The notes under the pieces were generated by a model. It was not told the origin of the DNA. It made no database searches and worked only from the letters and a program-made list of their open reading frames with translations. DNA of 64,000 bases from NCBI GenBank assembly GCA_036172245.1, contig JAYWIR010000001.1, forward strand, positions 11,470,001-11,534,000. Direction: 5' to 3'. The position numbers and the translations under genes are program-made. Below, piece after piece: positions 38,300-48,665 of this stretch (within the stretch, counting starts at the first letter, position 1; every line of letters starts with the position of its first letter). This DNA comes from Raillietiella orientalis (Eukaryota).

Positions 38300-41200
38300 T
38301 CACTGATGCTGCTGGGGCCGCATCATCCCTCTCAGGATGCTGACAAGCTCTTGTTTGTTATGAAAATCCAGGTGGGGCCATCGCGACGCCCTCCTCAGGA
38401 ATTGGGAGGCGCACTGGATGGCGTCCTGATCGCTAGGTCCTCCCGTCGCCGTGCTCCAGGCGGCGACGATCCCACGAAGGCAGCACAAGGCTGCTATCGA
38501 GGACGCTGGCCGCAGGGCGTCGGCAACGAAGAAGGCTTTTAGTGCGTCCCTGGGATTGCCGCAAGGGATACCGATGGCCGCGGCAAAGCGGAACCAAAGG
38601 GGCCGAAGGGCAACACAATCCACTAGGAGGTGGGGGAGGGACTCCCGTTCCCCGCACCTTACACAATTGGGATCCACCGCTCCCCAGGTCCAGTGGTGTC
38701 GACGGGCGTTGCAGGGGAGTCCCCAGTGCTGCAACAGGAATGCCGACTCTTGCCATTTTAGGGGGAGGATGGAAGTGTTCATAAGAATCGGGGGCCACTT
38801 CAGATGTTCAATCGGAACATCCAGCAGCGCTCCCCAGCGCAGAAGTCCATTAGGAGGCGTACTCGGGGTCGCAGCATCAGTTAGCTGGCCCGTCTTCCAC
38901 TCTCTCTGCTTCTTCTCCTTCCCGGAGATTTTTATTGTAACCTCCCACTTCGCCGCAACATCGCTGTCCTGTTGTTCCACTAGGGAGTCCAGCGCAGCAG
39001 CGAGGGGGGTTCTTCCTGACCACGCTCTCTTCTTAGGATCCTCCAGGATCTCACGGAGCGTGCAACTTCTGTAACACCCAAACAGGAACCTTCGTTCCTG
39101 ATGGGAGGGTTGCATGCCGAACTGTCCCCACGTGCGAACGGTTTCCTGCAACCAGGCACTACCGTTCGCGGGGAGACAGGTGATCCATCCTTGATTTTTC
39201 CTTGCCAGCGCAGCCACCCTCCGTAGCTGAAGCCCACATCGGTTGATGCGGCTTCGATGGAGTGCAAGAAACGACGTAAGTCCCGTCTTGCCGGTGGCTT
39301 GCTGAAGGAGGGGACGTGCAGGGACACACCAACAGGTGCACCACAACTCCGGCACAAGTGCCAAAATCCGGAACTGGAGCTGCAGCTCCAGCCGCTCCAA
39401 TGTCAGGAGGCCGAGACCACCGTCCCGACGCGGAGCGCACAAGTCCTTTAAGCGGACTCGGGCCCTCCCGTTGCCCCAAAGGGCGATACGGAGGAGGTCC
39501 TTCGTCCGCTTTTTGATCCTCTCTGTGGGGGGGCAAACAAAAAGCAGGGAACGGAGGAGAGGAGCCGCGAACGTGTTCCAAACCGCGGCCCGTTCAGGCA
39601 GGAAAAACCTGCCGCCTCGGAACGGGCCGATAGCCGTCTCTACTTTTTGAAGGCAGCCGGACCACGCTTCCGCAGGGGAGTAGTCTCCCAACGGCACACC
39701 AAGGTACTTGAAGTACCTCACCGTGGGGATCCCCAAACGGACCCAGTCCTGCTGCCCTGCCCACGCCGCACCAACTGGCATCACGGACGACTTCGCCCTG
39801 TTCACCGTAAGCCCGGTTCCTCGATTCAGCAGGTCGAAGAACTTCTCGACCGCCGAAGCCGGGGTGGACATAGGGAGCAGTAGCAGCAGGTCGTTCGCAT
39901 ATGCTGAAACCCCAGGCGTTCCGGCGCATTCATGCGGCAGGTGCGCCAGAGTTTCCCTGTACGCTCTCAGTACCAACTCAAAGTAGGTACTGAAGAGCAA
40001 GGGGCTCAGGCTGTCTCCTTGCCGGATCCCACGTCGCACCGGCACGCCGTGAACAGTATGCCCGCTGAAAGTAACATTGATTTGCGAATCGCGCCAGCTA
40101 GAGCGCAGATAGGCCAATAATGAGGCCGGGAAGCCCAAGCGTTCCAAAAGCTCCAGCAGGAGTTTCTGGTCGACGCTGTCGAATGCTTTACGCAAGTCGA
40201 CAGCGACCGCAAGTGCTCCCTCCCCCATCCGACCATCCGTCGCATGACTGACGGACTCACCGGAATTCCCGGTGCGCATCAAGCCCCTTTCGTGTTGGAG
40301 CTCTAGCCAGGTGGAAGCGTGGAACAGGTTCGTCTCCATGCTTCGCCCCGGAACAGCATACGTCTGTTCCGGGCTGATGAAGGCGTTTGCAACCCGTCCC
40401 AAACGCTCAGCCCAAACCTTAGCTATCAACTTGGCATCCGCATTCACTATTGTGATGGGACGCCAGTTGTTCATGCTCCTCAGATCTCCTCCCTTAGGGA
40501 GAAGCCGCACCTTTGCCGAACGAAACGAGGCGGAAACGTCACCTGTCTCGCGTATCAGCAAGGTGAGTTGATGTACCAGGGGGGTTAGCTCAGCCGCGAA
40601 AGTTTGATAAAACTCCGCGGACAGGCCGTCCTCCCCTGGAGCCTTTCGCCTCTTGAGCTTTCCGATGGCCGAGATGATCTCGCCCATCGTGAAAGTCTCG
40701 TCGAGGGACTTTTTCTCCTCTTCCCCGATCGCAGGAGCGCCTTCCGGAAGCAGGATTCGTGAGAAATCCCGCTCGGGAGGCGTTCTTGCGTACAGGGAGG
40801 AGTAAAAACGCCGCAGCAGACCGCGGATCTGAGCGGGTGCCGAATGCTCCTGGCCCTGATCGTCCAGCAAGCTGGCCGATCCTGACTGCCAGGCTTGCCT
40901 CTCGGCTCCCGCTTTGTATTCCGCCAGCCTGCGGATGTCGGAGGTCCTGGCGTAACGGCGAGCCTGCAGATAGGCTCGTTCGTTACGTACCCCGTCCCCA
41001 AATCCCGAAGGTAGGCGGTGCCGAGGGAACTGGTCGCAGAACTCCTGGACCGACCGCTTGAAGCGGTCCCAATCCTGAAGTGTCTGCATCCTAAAGCTCC
41101 GTATAAACGTGCGGAGATGTTCCGTCGCGTCCGGGAGCTTCAGCCAGTCCCCTGGCAAACGCCACGCTGACGAGGGGGGGGCCCTGTCGCGCGGATGGAT

Positions 41201-41884
41201 TTCAATCACGATTGGTCGATGGTCGGACAACTCGCACGGCAACTTGCAGCGCCTGCCCACACGAGTGCACAGGTGCTCGTCAAGGAACACGTGATCGATG
41301 TTGTCCTCCATCCCTGGTACACTGGCCAACAAATTACAAGTGTGCACCGCCGCGCACACCTCGTTGACCAGGTCACGCTCGTGATTCGGCCCGTCCGGTT
41401 TCAGACGAACGTTAAAATCGGCTGCAACCAGATGGGCATTCCGCACGCCTGCCTCGGTCAACCAGTCGCGATGGAGGGCAAGGAAAAATTCTTTCCTGGC
41501 CCTCCTGTTCGTCAGGTCCGCTCCGCTCGGGGCGTAAACGTTCGTAACGATCAGGTCGATCGAGTCGGACCAGCTGAGAGTCAGCTGGCCGACACGACCG
41601 TGATCGTCGAACCGAACTGCACGGGCGGCGGCCTCGACGGCGGGCCGAAGCAGGTAGGCGACACCACAACTTCTCGATGTTCCACACCGATACCACAGCC
41701 GCCCTCCGTAGATGCGTTCGATCTCCTGCGCTTGTTCTGCAGAGATCACATGGATCTCCTGCAGCAGCACAAGGTCGAACGATCCTAGAATGGCGGCCAT
41801 GTCTCGTCTCCTGCCGGCGTCTGTCATCCCGTTCACGTTCCAAACGGCGATGCGCAGACGACGGCAGGAGGAGATTCCCGGCAT
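38300..41884 (-). CDS. LINE ORF2 polyprotein, L1/Tx1-type: APE endonuclease + reverse transcriptase + C-terminal Cys/His finger (1194 aa; catalytic motif YAND)
   Basis: APE motifs WNVNG, LQE, NVYAP, ADFN, IDH, SDH. RT motifs KAPGEDG, WRPIT, DLRKAFDSV, GIRQGDSLSPLLF, YAND, KYLGV. Finger CVRCGERESLPHLLVDC. Confidence 0.95.
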   Translation of the reverse strand: MPGISSCRRLRIAVWNVNGMTDAGRRRDMAAILGSFDLVLLQEIHVISAEQAQEIERIYGGRLWYRCGTSRSCGVAYLLRPAVEAAARAVRFDDHGRVGQLTLSWSDSIDLIVTNVYAPSGADLTNRRARKEFFLALHRDWLTEAGVRNAHLVAADFNVRLKPDGPNHERDLVNEVCAAVHTCNLLASVPGMEDNIDHVFLDEHLCTRVGRRCKLPCELSDHRPIVIEIHPRDRAPPSSAWRLPGDWLKLPDATEHLRTFIRSFRMQTLQDWDRFKRSVQEFCDQFPRHRLPSGFGDGVRNERAYLQARRYARTSDIRRLAEYKAGAERQAWQSGSASLLDDQGQEHSAPAQIRGLLRRFYSSLYARTPPERDFSRILLPEGAPAIGEEEKKSLDETFTMGEIISAIGKLKRRKAPGEDGLSAEFYQTFAAELTPLVHQLTLLIRETGDVSASFRSAKVRLLPKGGDLRSMNNWRPITIVNADAKLIAKVWAERLGRVANAFISPEQTYAVPGRSMETNLFHASTWLELQHERGLMRTGNSGESVSHATDGRMGEGALAVAVDLRKAFDSVDQKLLLELLERLGFPASLLAYLRSSWRDSQINVTFSGHTVHGVPVRRGIRQGDSLSPLLFSTYFELVLRAYRETLAHLPHECAGTPGVSAYANDLLLLLPMSTPASAVEKFFDLLNRGTGLTVNRAKSSVMPVGAAWAGQQDWVRLGIPTVRYFKYLGVPLGDYSPAEAWSGCLQKVETAIGPFRGGRFFLPERAAVWNTFAAPLLRSLLFVCPPTERIKKRTKDLLRIALWGNGRARVRLKDLCAPRRDGGLGLLTLERLELQLQFRILALVPELWCTCWCVPARPLLQQATGKTGLTSFLALHRSRINRCGLQLRRVAALARKNQGWITCLPANGSAWLQETVRTWGQFGMQPSHQERRFLFGCYRSCTLREILEDPKKRAWSGRTPLAAALDSLVEQQDSDVAAKWEVTIKISGKEKKQREWKTGQLTDAATPSTPPNGLLRWGALLDVPIEHLKWPPILMNTSILPLKWQESAFLLQHWGLPCNARRHHWTWGAVDPNCVRCGERESLPHLLVDCVALRPLWFRFAAAIGIPCGNPRDALKAFFVADALRPASSIAALCCLRGIVAAWSTATGGPSDQDAIQCASQFLRRASRWPHLDFHNKQELVSILRGMMRPQQHQ

Positions 41885-43385
41885 TACTGCCGGGAATATG
41901 ACGGTGTGGGGGAACCCGCCTCTTCCGAGGCGGGTGAGATGACCATTAGGGTTTCAGCCTCCTCAGGCACCTTGGGTATCCTACGGCGACAGGCGAGTCC
42001 AGGTGTTAATCCTGGGAAATTGGCAATGGGGCTCCCGCCACCTTGTCGGGCGGGACGCTAGGAGGAGGGGGTGCGTCGCGCACCGCTTCTCCCTCCTCCA
42101 TGGAGGACGAATCGTCGTCGGGGCTTTGCAGAGGAAGTAGGGGTTCACCCACCTGCACATCCTCCTCCATGGGGGTCGCTAGCTGCACGGTGTCGGGGAA
42201 TGAGATATTCCCACCCACGCTGCCGGCTTCCCCCTCGGGGGCCGATTCATCCGCCTCCTTATTGATCCGGATGCGCCTCCTGGGATTCTGAGACTTACTT
42301 CTTTGGTCTTCTTTGGTGGAGCCTCCGCTGAAGAGGACGCACTTTCGACGTCCGGATCGGCCTCACCTGCCTCCGGAGCCTTCCTCGCGGCCGGCCTTCG
42401 CAAGGCTTTTCGCGAGTTCTTCTAACGGCCTTGCAGTTCAGCCGCGAGTTCTTCCACCGCCTGCTGGAAGGCGGCCTCCTCGATCGCGTCGAGCGCGGCG
42501 CGCGGTTCCCCCTCGGTTTCCCCAGAGGGTTCGCCATCGACCGTCGCGGCTTCGGCGGACGCGAGGGGGGGGATTGCTCCCCCGGCGGCGGCATCGGGTG
42601 CCTCCACACGCTCTAATTTTACCGAACAAGCGCGGAGTTTTTCGCGGCACGGTTTTTCGCGCTGCGTTTTTGTTTTCACCGCGTTTCGTTCGGGACTCCC
42701 GGGCTTTCTTCTGGGCTGTACCGTCTGCCAGCCTTCGTCGGGAGCATCTTCGCCGTCTCCAGCATCGTCGGGAGTACTCTCAACCGACGTTTGCTGGGAG
42801 GGTTTAAGGACTGGCATCTGGCTTTTTGCAGCCTGTTTCAAGTTATTCTCCTCTCCCGCCCGTTTGCCCTTTGCCTTTTTGGCAGCGGGTGGGACCGGGA
42901 TTTCTCTTCTTGGGCACACCTTGCGAATGTGGCCCTTATTTCCATATAAGTGGTATTGGATGTTAGGGCACCACTTTTTTAGATGCCCTGTAGCATCGCA
43001 TTGGCCACAATACTTGGGCTTACCCACGTACCAAACATCGACTTTTTCTTCGCCGATATTCAGTTTGTGGGGAAGCCCACCATTCTCCGGTAGTGTGACG
43101 CAGGCAGCGGCCATTCCACTGAATAGCCTTCCGTACGTTCGGAAGACATTGGGTTTGGCCCAATACGCGTGCACACTACTATGCTTCGACAACTCCTCAT
43201 GGACGCTGGTTTTGTCCATTCGGAGTGATACGCCAGTGAGGTGGACCACGACGGAGCGGTCCTCCGTCACAGGGAAGATCCTGCGGCCGTCCACCGTAAT
43301 AGGGATGTTCAGCAGTCGCTGCGCCAGACTTGCCTCTTTGCATGTCAGCTCAACTCGCTGGCCCCCACTAAGGACGGATAGGCCT
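41885..43385 (-). pseudogene. LINE ORF1 (frameshifted, 5'-truncated) upstream of ORF2
   Basis: ORF 42422-43294 with KYCGQCDATGHLKKWC and a degenerate second knuckle; the C-terminal part is spread over several frames. Confidence 0.85.
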
Positions 43386-43625
43386 CAAGTGCCAGTCCGC
43401 AGTGGAACAGGTACCGGCGTTTGCGGCGCGCTAGGAAGGTAGACAGTCCCGCGCAGCCGCTAGCTCGCTGAACCAGGCGTCGTGCAGGCTCGCACCAGCT
43501 GGTGCTCCATAGCTTCGCTACTAGGGCTAGAGTCCTGAACTGCAGCTGCAGTTCGAGGCGCTCCAGCGTGAGGAGGCCGAGGCCTCCATCGCGACCAGGG
43601 GCACATAAGTCCTTCAAACCCACTT
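43386..43625 (-). pseudogene. LINE ORF2 internal fragment lodged between two ORF1 copies
   Basis: LKDLCAPGRDGGLGLLTLERLELQLQFR. Confidence 0.85.
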
Positions 43626-45075
43626 TTGCCGGAGCCGGTCTGCGCACCCCCTTGCTCGAGGGGTTCTCGCGCTCGACGAGCGTTACCGCGAGCACCTCTG
43701 CCGCCTTCTCGAAGGCGGCGTCCTCGCTGTCGGCGAGCTTGTCGCGCGACTGACCCTCTGCGCAAGCAGAGGGTGCGCCTTCGCGCGAATCGATCGCGGC
43801 GGGAACGGCTATGGAAAGTGTTTCGCCTCGGGTGGCGTCGGCGGGAACATCTGTACGTTCTAGTGCCACCGAGCACTGGGAGAGAGTTTTAATACGCGGC
43901 ACAGATTTGGTCTTTCCTCCGATCGCGGTCTCCTCCGCGTTTTTCTCGACAGTTTTGTCCCTCTTCTCCTTTTTAGCCTTAACAAGCTGCCAGCCCTCTT
44001 CTCCCTCTACGACGTAGGGGACCTTGTCCTCCGAAGCCGGTTTTGGGGATTGGGGCGTTGGCTGCTGTTGTCGGCCATTTTCGCGGATATTAACTTTAAC
44101 TTTTCCCGCGTGTTTCTTCTGCGCCTTTTTTGCGTTTGGAGGAATCGGGGTGGGGCGTTTCGGGCACACACGACGGACGTGGCCCTTCTCCCCGTATATG
44201 TAGCACTCGATGTTAGGGCACCTCTTGCGGAGATGCCCTACTGCATCGGAGTAGCCACAGCACCGGCGCTTCCTCACATATTAGAGGTCGACCGAATCGT
44301 TCGCCACCTCTAGTTTGTGGGGGAGTCTACCTTCTTCCTTAACGGCGACGCGTACTGCAGCCATTTCCCCGACAAGGCTGCCGTAGCCCTCAAAGATCGT
44401 GGGATTCGGCCACAGAGCGTGTACATCGCCGTACTTTCGCAATTCCTCACTAACCGCAGAGAGCGTCATGCAGTTAGTGATTCCTGTCAAAGGGACCACT
44501 ACCGAGTGGTCCATTGACACCAGGAAGATCTTACGGCCATCCACGATCAACGGGTTGTTAATCAGGCGCTGAGCTAGGCTGATGTCTTTATACACCAGCT
44601 CAACGCGCTATGCCCCTCTGAGCACGGACAGACCGTCAAGATCTTCCTCTCGCCATTGATTTCTTGAAACGCTCTGCTGAAAGAGCGTGCCGTCTTGCCG
44701 TCAAATAAAGGGGCCTACCTTGTATACAAGTGATGGCTTCTATCCCGTAGCCCTGTAGCCGGCTTGTTTGGCCAAGGCTTAAGCGGTGGGGCGGCGACCA
44801 TGACGTTCCAACTCCTCGCCGCGGCGAAGAGGATCCTGGGGCAGATGCCCCATCTCTGCAGGTTGTGGGGGGAGACCTTCCTCCCCCACACCTACCTCCA
44901 CCACGGTGTCCTCTGGCAACGCTTCCATCGGACACCGACGATCTACACTACACACCACACAAAAAAGAAAAGAAAGGGACTTTCCAAGGACTCGTTCACG
45001 GAGCGCCCGAAAACCACGTCCTCCCAAACCAGGTTTCGGCGAAGGCGAAACCTGGTTTTCAGAAGCCTGTTGGAA
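43626..45075 (-). pseudogene. LINE ORF1 N-terminal two-thirds plus probable 5' UTR
   Basis: LAQRLINNPLIVDGRKIF...PHKLEV and degenerate knuckles. The N-terminal part is similar to 29780-29990. A T-rich tract and hairpin lie upstream. Confidence 0.75.
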
Positions 45076-45921
45076 ACATGGAAGGTCGTCTGCTAGATGG
45101 GATGCCGAAGAAAAAGCGTTAATTGCGCGAACCACGAAACAACTGACTGACGCTGTGACCCCGAGTGTCCTACCTAAAGGACTTTTGCGCTGGAGTGAGC
45201 TGTTGGGAATTTCCCTGGAAGACCTCGAGTGGCCCTCAGTACTCTGGAACACTAGCATCCTCCCACTCAGTTGGCAGGAGCCAGAGATGATACTGTTACA
45301 TTGGGGCCTCCGATGCAACGCCCACCGACATCCTTGGATTTGAGGGGCGCAAGTCCGAACTGTAGCAGGTGTAGGGAACGGGAATCCTTCCTATACCTGC
45401 TTGTAGATTGTGTTGCCCTCCGGCCCCTATGGGAACGCTTTGTTGCGACCCTAGCAACCCTAGTGACGTAAGTCAACCCCGAGGCCGCAAGCTCATCCTC
45501 CGTTGAGCCTCCCCCTGGAAGTGAAAACGTAAAACCAAGACTACGAGGAGGCACATCCTGCCCCAAGAGGGAAACGAGCCGGCATCCGAAAGGGAAGCCG
45601 GCAGCTTGGAAACACAGGACTCCTGCGGTGGGAATCACCCACATCCCGACGCCGAGCAAGCAACCCCCATGGAGTGGGCCAGCAGGTGCACCATGGAAGG
45701 GACATTTCTGCTTGCGCCCCCGCCCGAATAGGTGGCGGGAGCTGCAGCATCAACTTCCCAGGAGTTACTCCTGGGCCCGCCTCCCGCCGCCGAATCCGTG
45801 TGGCCTGTTGGAACGTCAACGGGCTGCGCGGCGACGGCAGAAGGCGAGATGTGGCCGTCACCCTGCCGACCTAGTGCCCCTGAGGGAGATAACGTGATCT
45901 CCGCAGAGAATGCCCAAGGGA
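45076..45921 (+). pseudogene. Two LINE fragments: ORF2 C-terminal region (to ~45470), then the ORF1/ORF2 junction with the start of APE
   Basis: ILPLSWQEPEMILLHWGL, then FPGVTPGPASRRRIRVACWNVNGLRGDGRRRDVA. Confidence 0.8.
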
Positions 45922-46680
45922 TTTCTCACCCCGTCACGCCGGGGCGTTTATTTTAGAGAAAATAAACCAGCTGGGAACAGAGTTCCCAACCGACGACAAA
46001 ACAAGCAATGGGGAGGGTCTGCTGGCACGCAGGCTGGCATAACGGAAGTTTGGAACCGGACAGGAGGTGGGAGACAGCCAAAAAAAATTAAATGTGGTGG
46101 GATGGGACAGGGGTCTTTAAGATAGCGCCGGGAGATACTGGGGTCAAAACAAAAACGCCGGGGAAGTTGCGAAGCAAAAGGGGATGGGAGATGAGGAAAA
46201 AAAAAAAAAGATGTTGGTAAAGGGAAAGGTCCACCGGGTTCCACCGTTCTTAACTGTCCATCAACCGACGGTGGATGTCGACGATCTCCTCCTTTGTTTG
46301 TTCTTCCAGGTGAGATCACCTTACAGCCATTCTCATGTACGCGGCTGCCAGACTGTGGACCTCCCTTCACTGCGCTCTCGTCCCCATGGCGTAGCGGGTC
46401 TCAGCAATGTCGCGAATTAAAAAGCTGTTGGAACTACGGCGCCACTGAAAATCCGTTGCTCCTGAAAAAACGCCACCGCAGATCCTTCTCAGAGTCCTCC
46501 TGGAACGGGGCGCCTAAAGCCAGCCACCGCCACAGTCCGCGGAGGGCACCACAGTCGAGCAAAAGGTGCCCGAGCGTCTCGATCTCCCAACACCTCGAGC
46601 AGTTCCGGGAAACAACTTCCCTGGAAACGAGGCTTTAGCGCTGATTACACGGGAACTCCCAGTGTTAAAGCAGCAGCAAG
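45922..46680 (-). mobile_element. Main LINE family, decayed 3' fragment with terminus
   Basis: CSRCWEIETLGHLLLDCGALRGLW remnant; terminus AATAAACGCCCCGGCGTGACGGGGTG. Confidence 0.75.
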
Positions 46681-46749
46681 TACTGTTTTCATCCTAAAGT
46701 AAACACCGGGGTGCCTAAACAAGCGGGGAAACCACTAGTTTTTCGGAGA

Positions 46750-48665
46750 CCGCGTGCCCGTCCTCCGCGGCATCCGGCAGGGAGGCAGTCTGAGCCCCTT
46801 GCTCTTCAGCATCCACTTCGAGTTGGTGCTGAGAGCATACAAGGAGACTTTGGCAACCCTGCCGAGCTCGTGTCCAGGCACGCCTGCCGTGTCGGCCTAT
46901 GCAGACGATCTTCTGCTGCTGCTTCCCGGGTCCACCCCGGCGAGTGCGCTCGAGGACTTCTTCGAGTTGCTACGCCGCGAGACGGGCCTGGTGGTGAACA
47001 GGGCGAAGTCGTCCATCGTTTATGTCGGCTCGGCGTGGTCTGGACGGCCGGACTGGATCCTCCTGGGGATCCCCACGGACGGGTACATCAAGAACCTTGG
47101 CGTTCCGTTGTGGGACTTCTGCCCCAGCAGAAGTCTATTCTCACCGTCTTTAGAAGGTAGGGTTGGCGATCGTTTCGTTCTTGGATGGCGAGTTCTACTT
47201 GCCGGGACGGACCGCTGTTTGGAACGCGTTCGCGGCTCCCCTCCTCCGCCCCCTACTTTTTGTTTCCTCCGTCCCCAAAGAGGAAAAAAAGTGGACACGG
47301 TCCCTATTGAGAATAGTCTTGTGGGGTCCCGAATCTCGCCGATGGACTCGTGTGCTCTGTGGGAGACAGCGGACCTCGGCCTCCTCACGCTGGAGGGGAC
47401 AGAAATCCAGCCGCGATGGAGAATGTTGGCCATCAAAGTGACGTACTGGAGCTCTCCCTGGTACGTTCTTAAACGCCTGCTCTTCATGGAAGGACTCGCC
47501 TCCTACCTTCCGTGCCCCGGTCAAAAGTTGAGAAGCTGCGGTCACCTCTTTGGACTCATGGCCATATTGGCGAATGAGAACGGCTGGATGGCCTGTTGCC
47601 CCGCCAACTGTAGCGCCTATCTAGAGGAAACAGTTGGCACGCGGGCGAAGGTAAACGAGCCCATCTCATAAGTGTGGAACTGCCTGCGACTCGGCAGCCA
47701 CGCGCGCTGCTCACTGAGGAAGATTCTGGAGAGTTCCAGAATGAGCGCGTGATCGGAGCGGACCTCCTCGCTGCAGTGATGTCTTTTCTGACGAAGGCAC
47801 TTGGCGGCAGCCAACCGTCGGAGTGGTTAGTTTCCTGTGAGATCGCAGGAAGGAGGAAGTTCATGAGTGGGCGGGCAGCTAGCGGACGCTGCGACCCCGA
47901 ACGCCCTTTCACGAGGACTGCAACGCTGGAGCGAGCCGCTCGAGATTCCCAGCCAAGACCTCAAGTGACCCTCAGAGTTCGAAGGCAGCAGCACTCTTCT
48001 CTTGGAATAGCAGGAGTCAGCGTTGATGCTGCTGCACTGGGACCTCCCGTGCAACACCCGCTGGCATCACTGGACACGGGGGAGGGGTGGACCCGAACTG
48101 TGCAAGGTGCGTGGAGCGGGAATCCTTCCCGCACCTCCTCTGCTGCCCTCCTGCACCTTTGGGGACGCTTGACCACGACCCTTGAAACCCCGGATGGCAA
48201 TTCCAGATATGTTGTAAAGCGCCTCTTCCTGAGCGACACCCTCACTCTGGCTGCATCCCTAGCAGCACTTTGCTGCATCCGCGGGATTGTGACGATCTGG
48301 AGCGTCGCTGAAGCAGGAGCGAAACAAAAGAGACGCCGTCCAGCATGCACTTCGCTTTCTGCGGATAACAGCAAGATGACCCCACCTGGGTACAATCAGG
48401 ACCGATCCAGCCGGCATTCCAGGAAGGATGCAGAGGACTCCAGAGGACTGCGATCCCTTACCGGCCCTCCAAAGGACTTTTATTTATTTTTTTTTTCTTT
48501 TGTTTCTCCCTGCCCTCCGCTGCCGAGGCGAACCTCGCCGGTCTGCGTGCCAGTGACCCGGCAGGTCCACGGACAAATTGAGCGTGGTAGGACCACGTGT
48601 CCTACCACAAATTGTGAGATTGATTGAAATGTTAAGAAAGGCCCTGGCATCGTGTCCGTGAGGAA
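46750..48665 (+). mobile_element. Main LINE family, RT to 3' UTR (frameshifted)
   Basis: GIRQGGSLSPLLF, SAYADDLL, LAALCCIRGIV, 3' UTR stem CTGCCG/CGGCAG; terminus degenerate. Confidence 0.85.
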
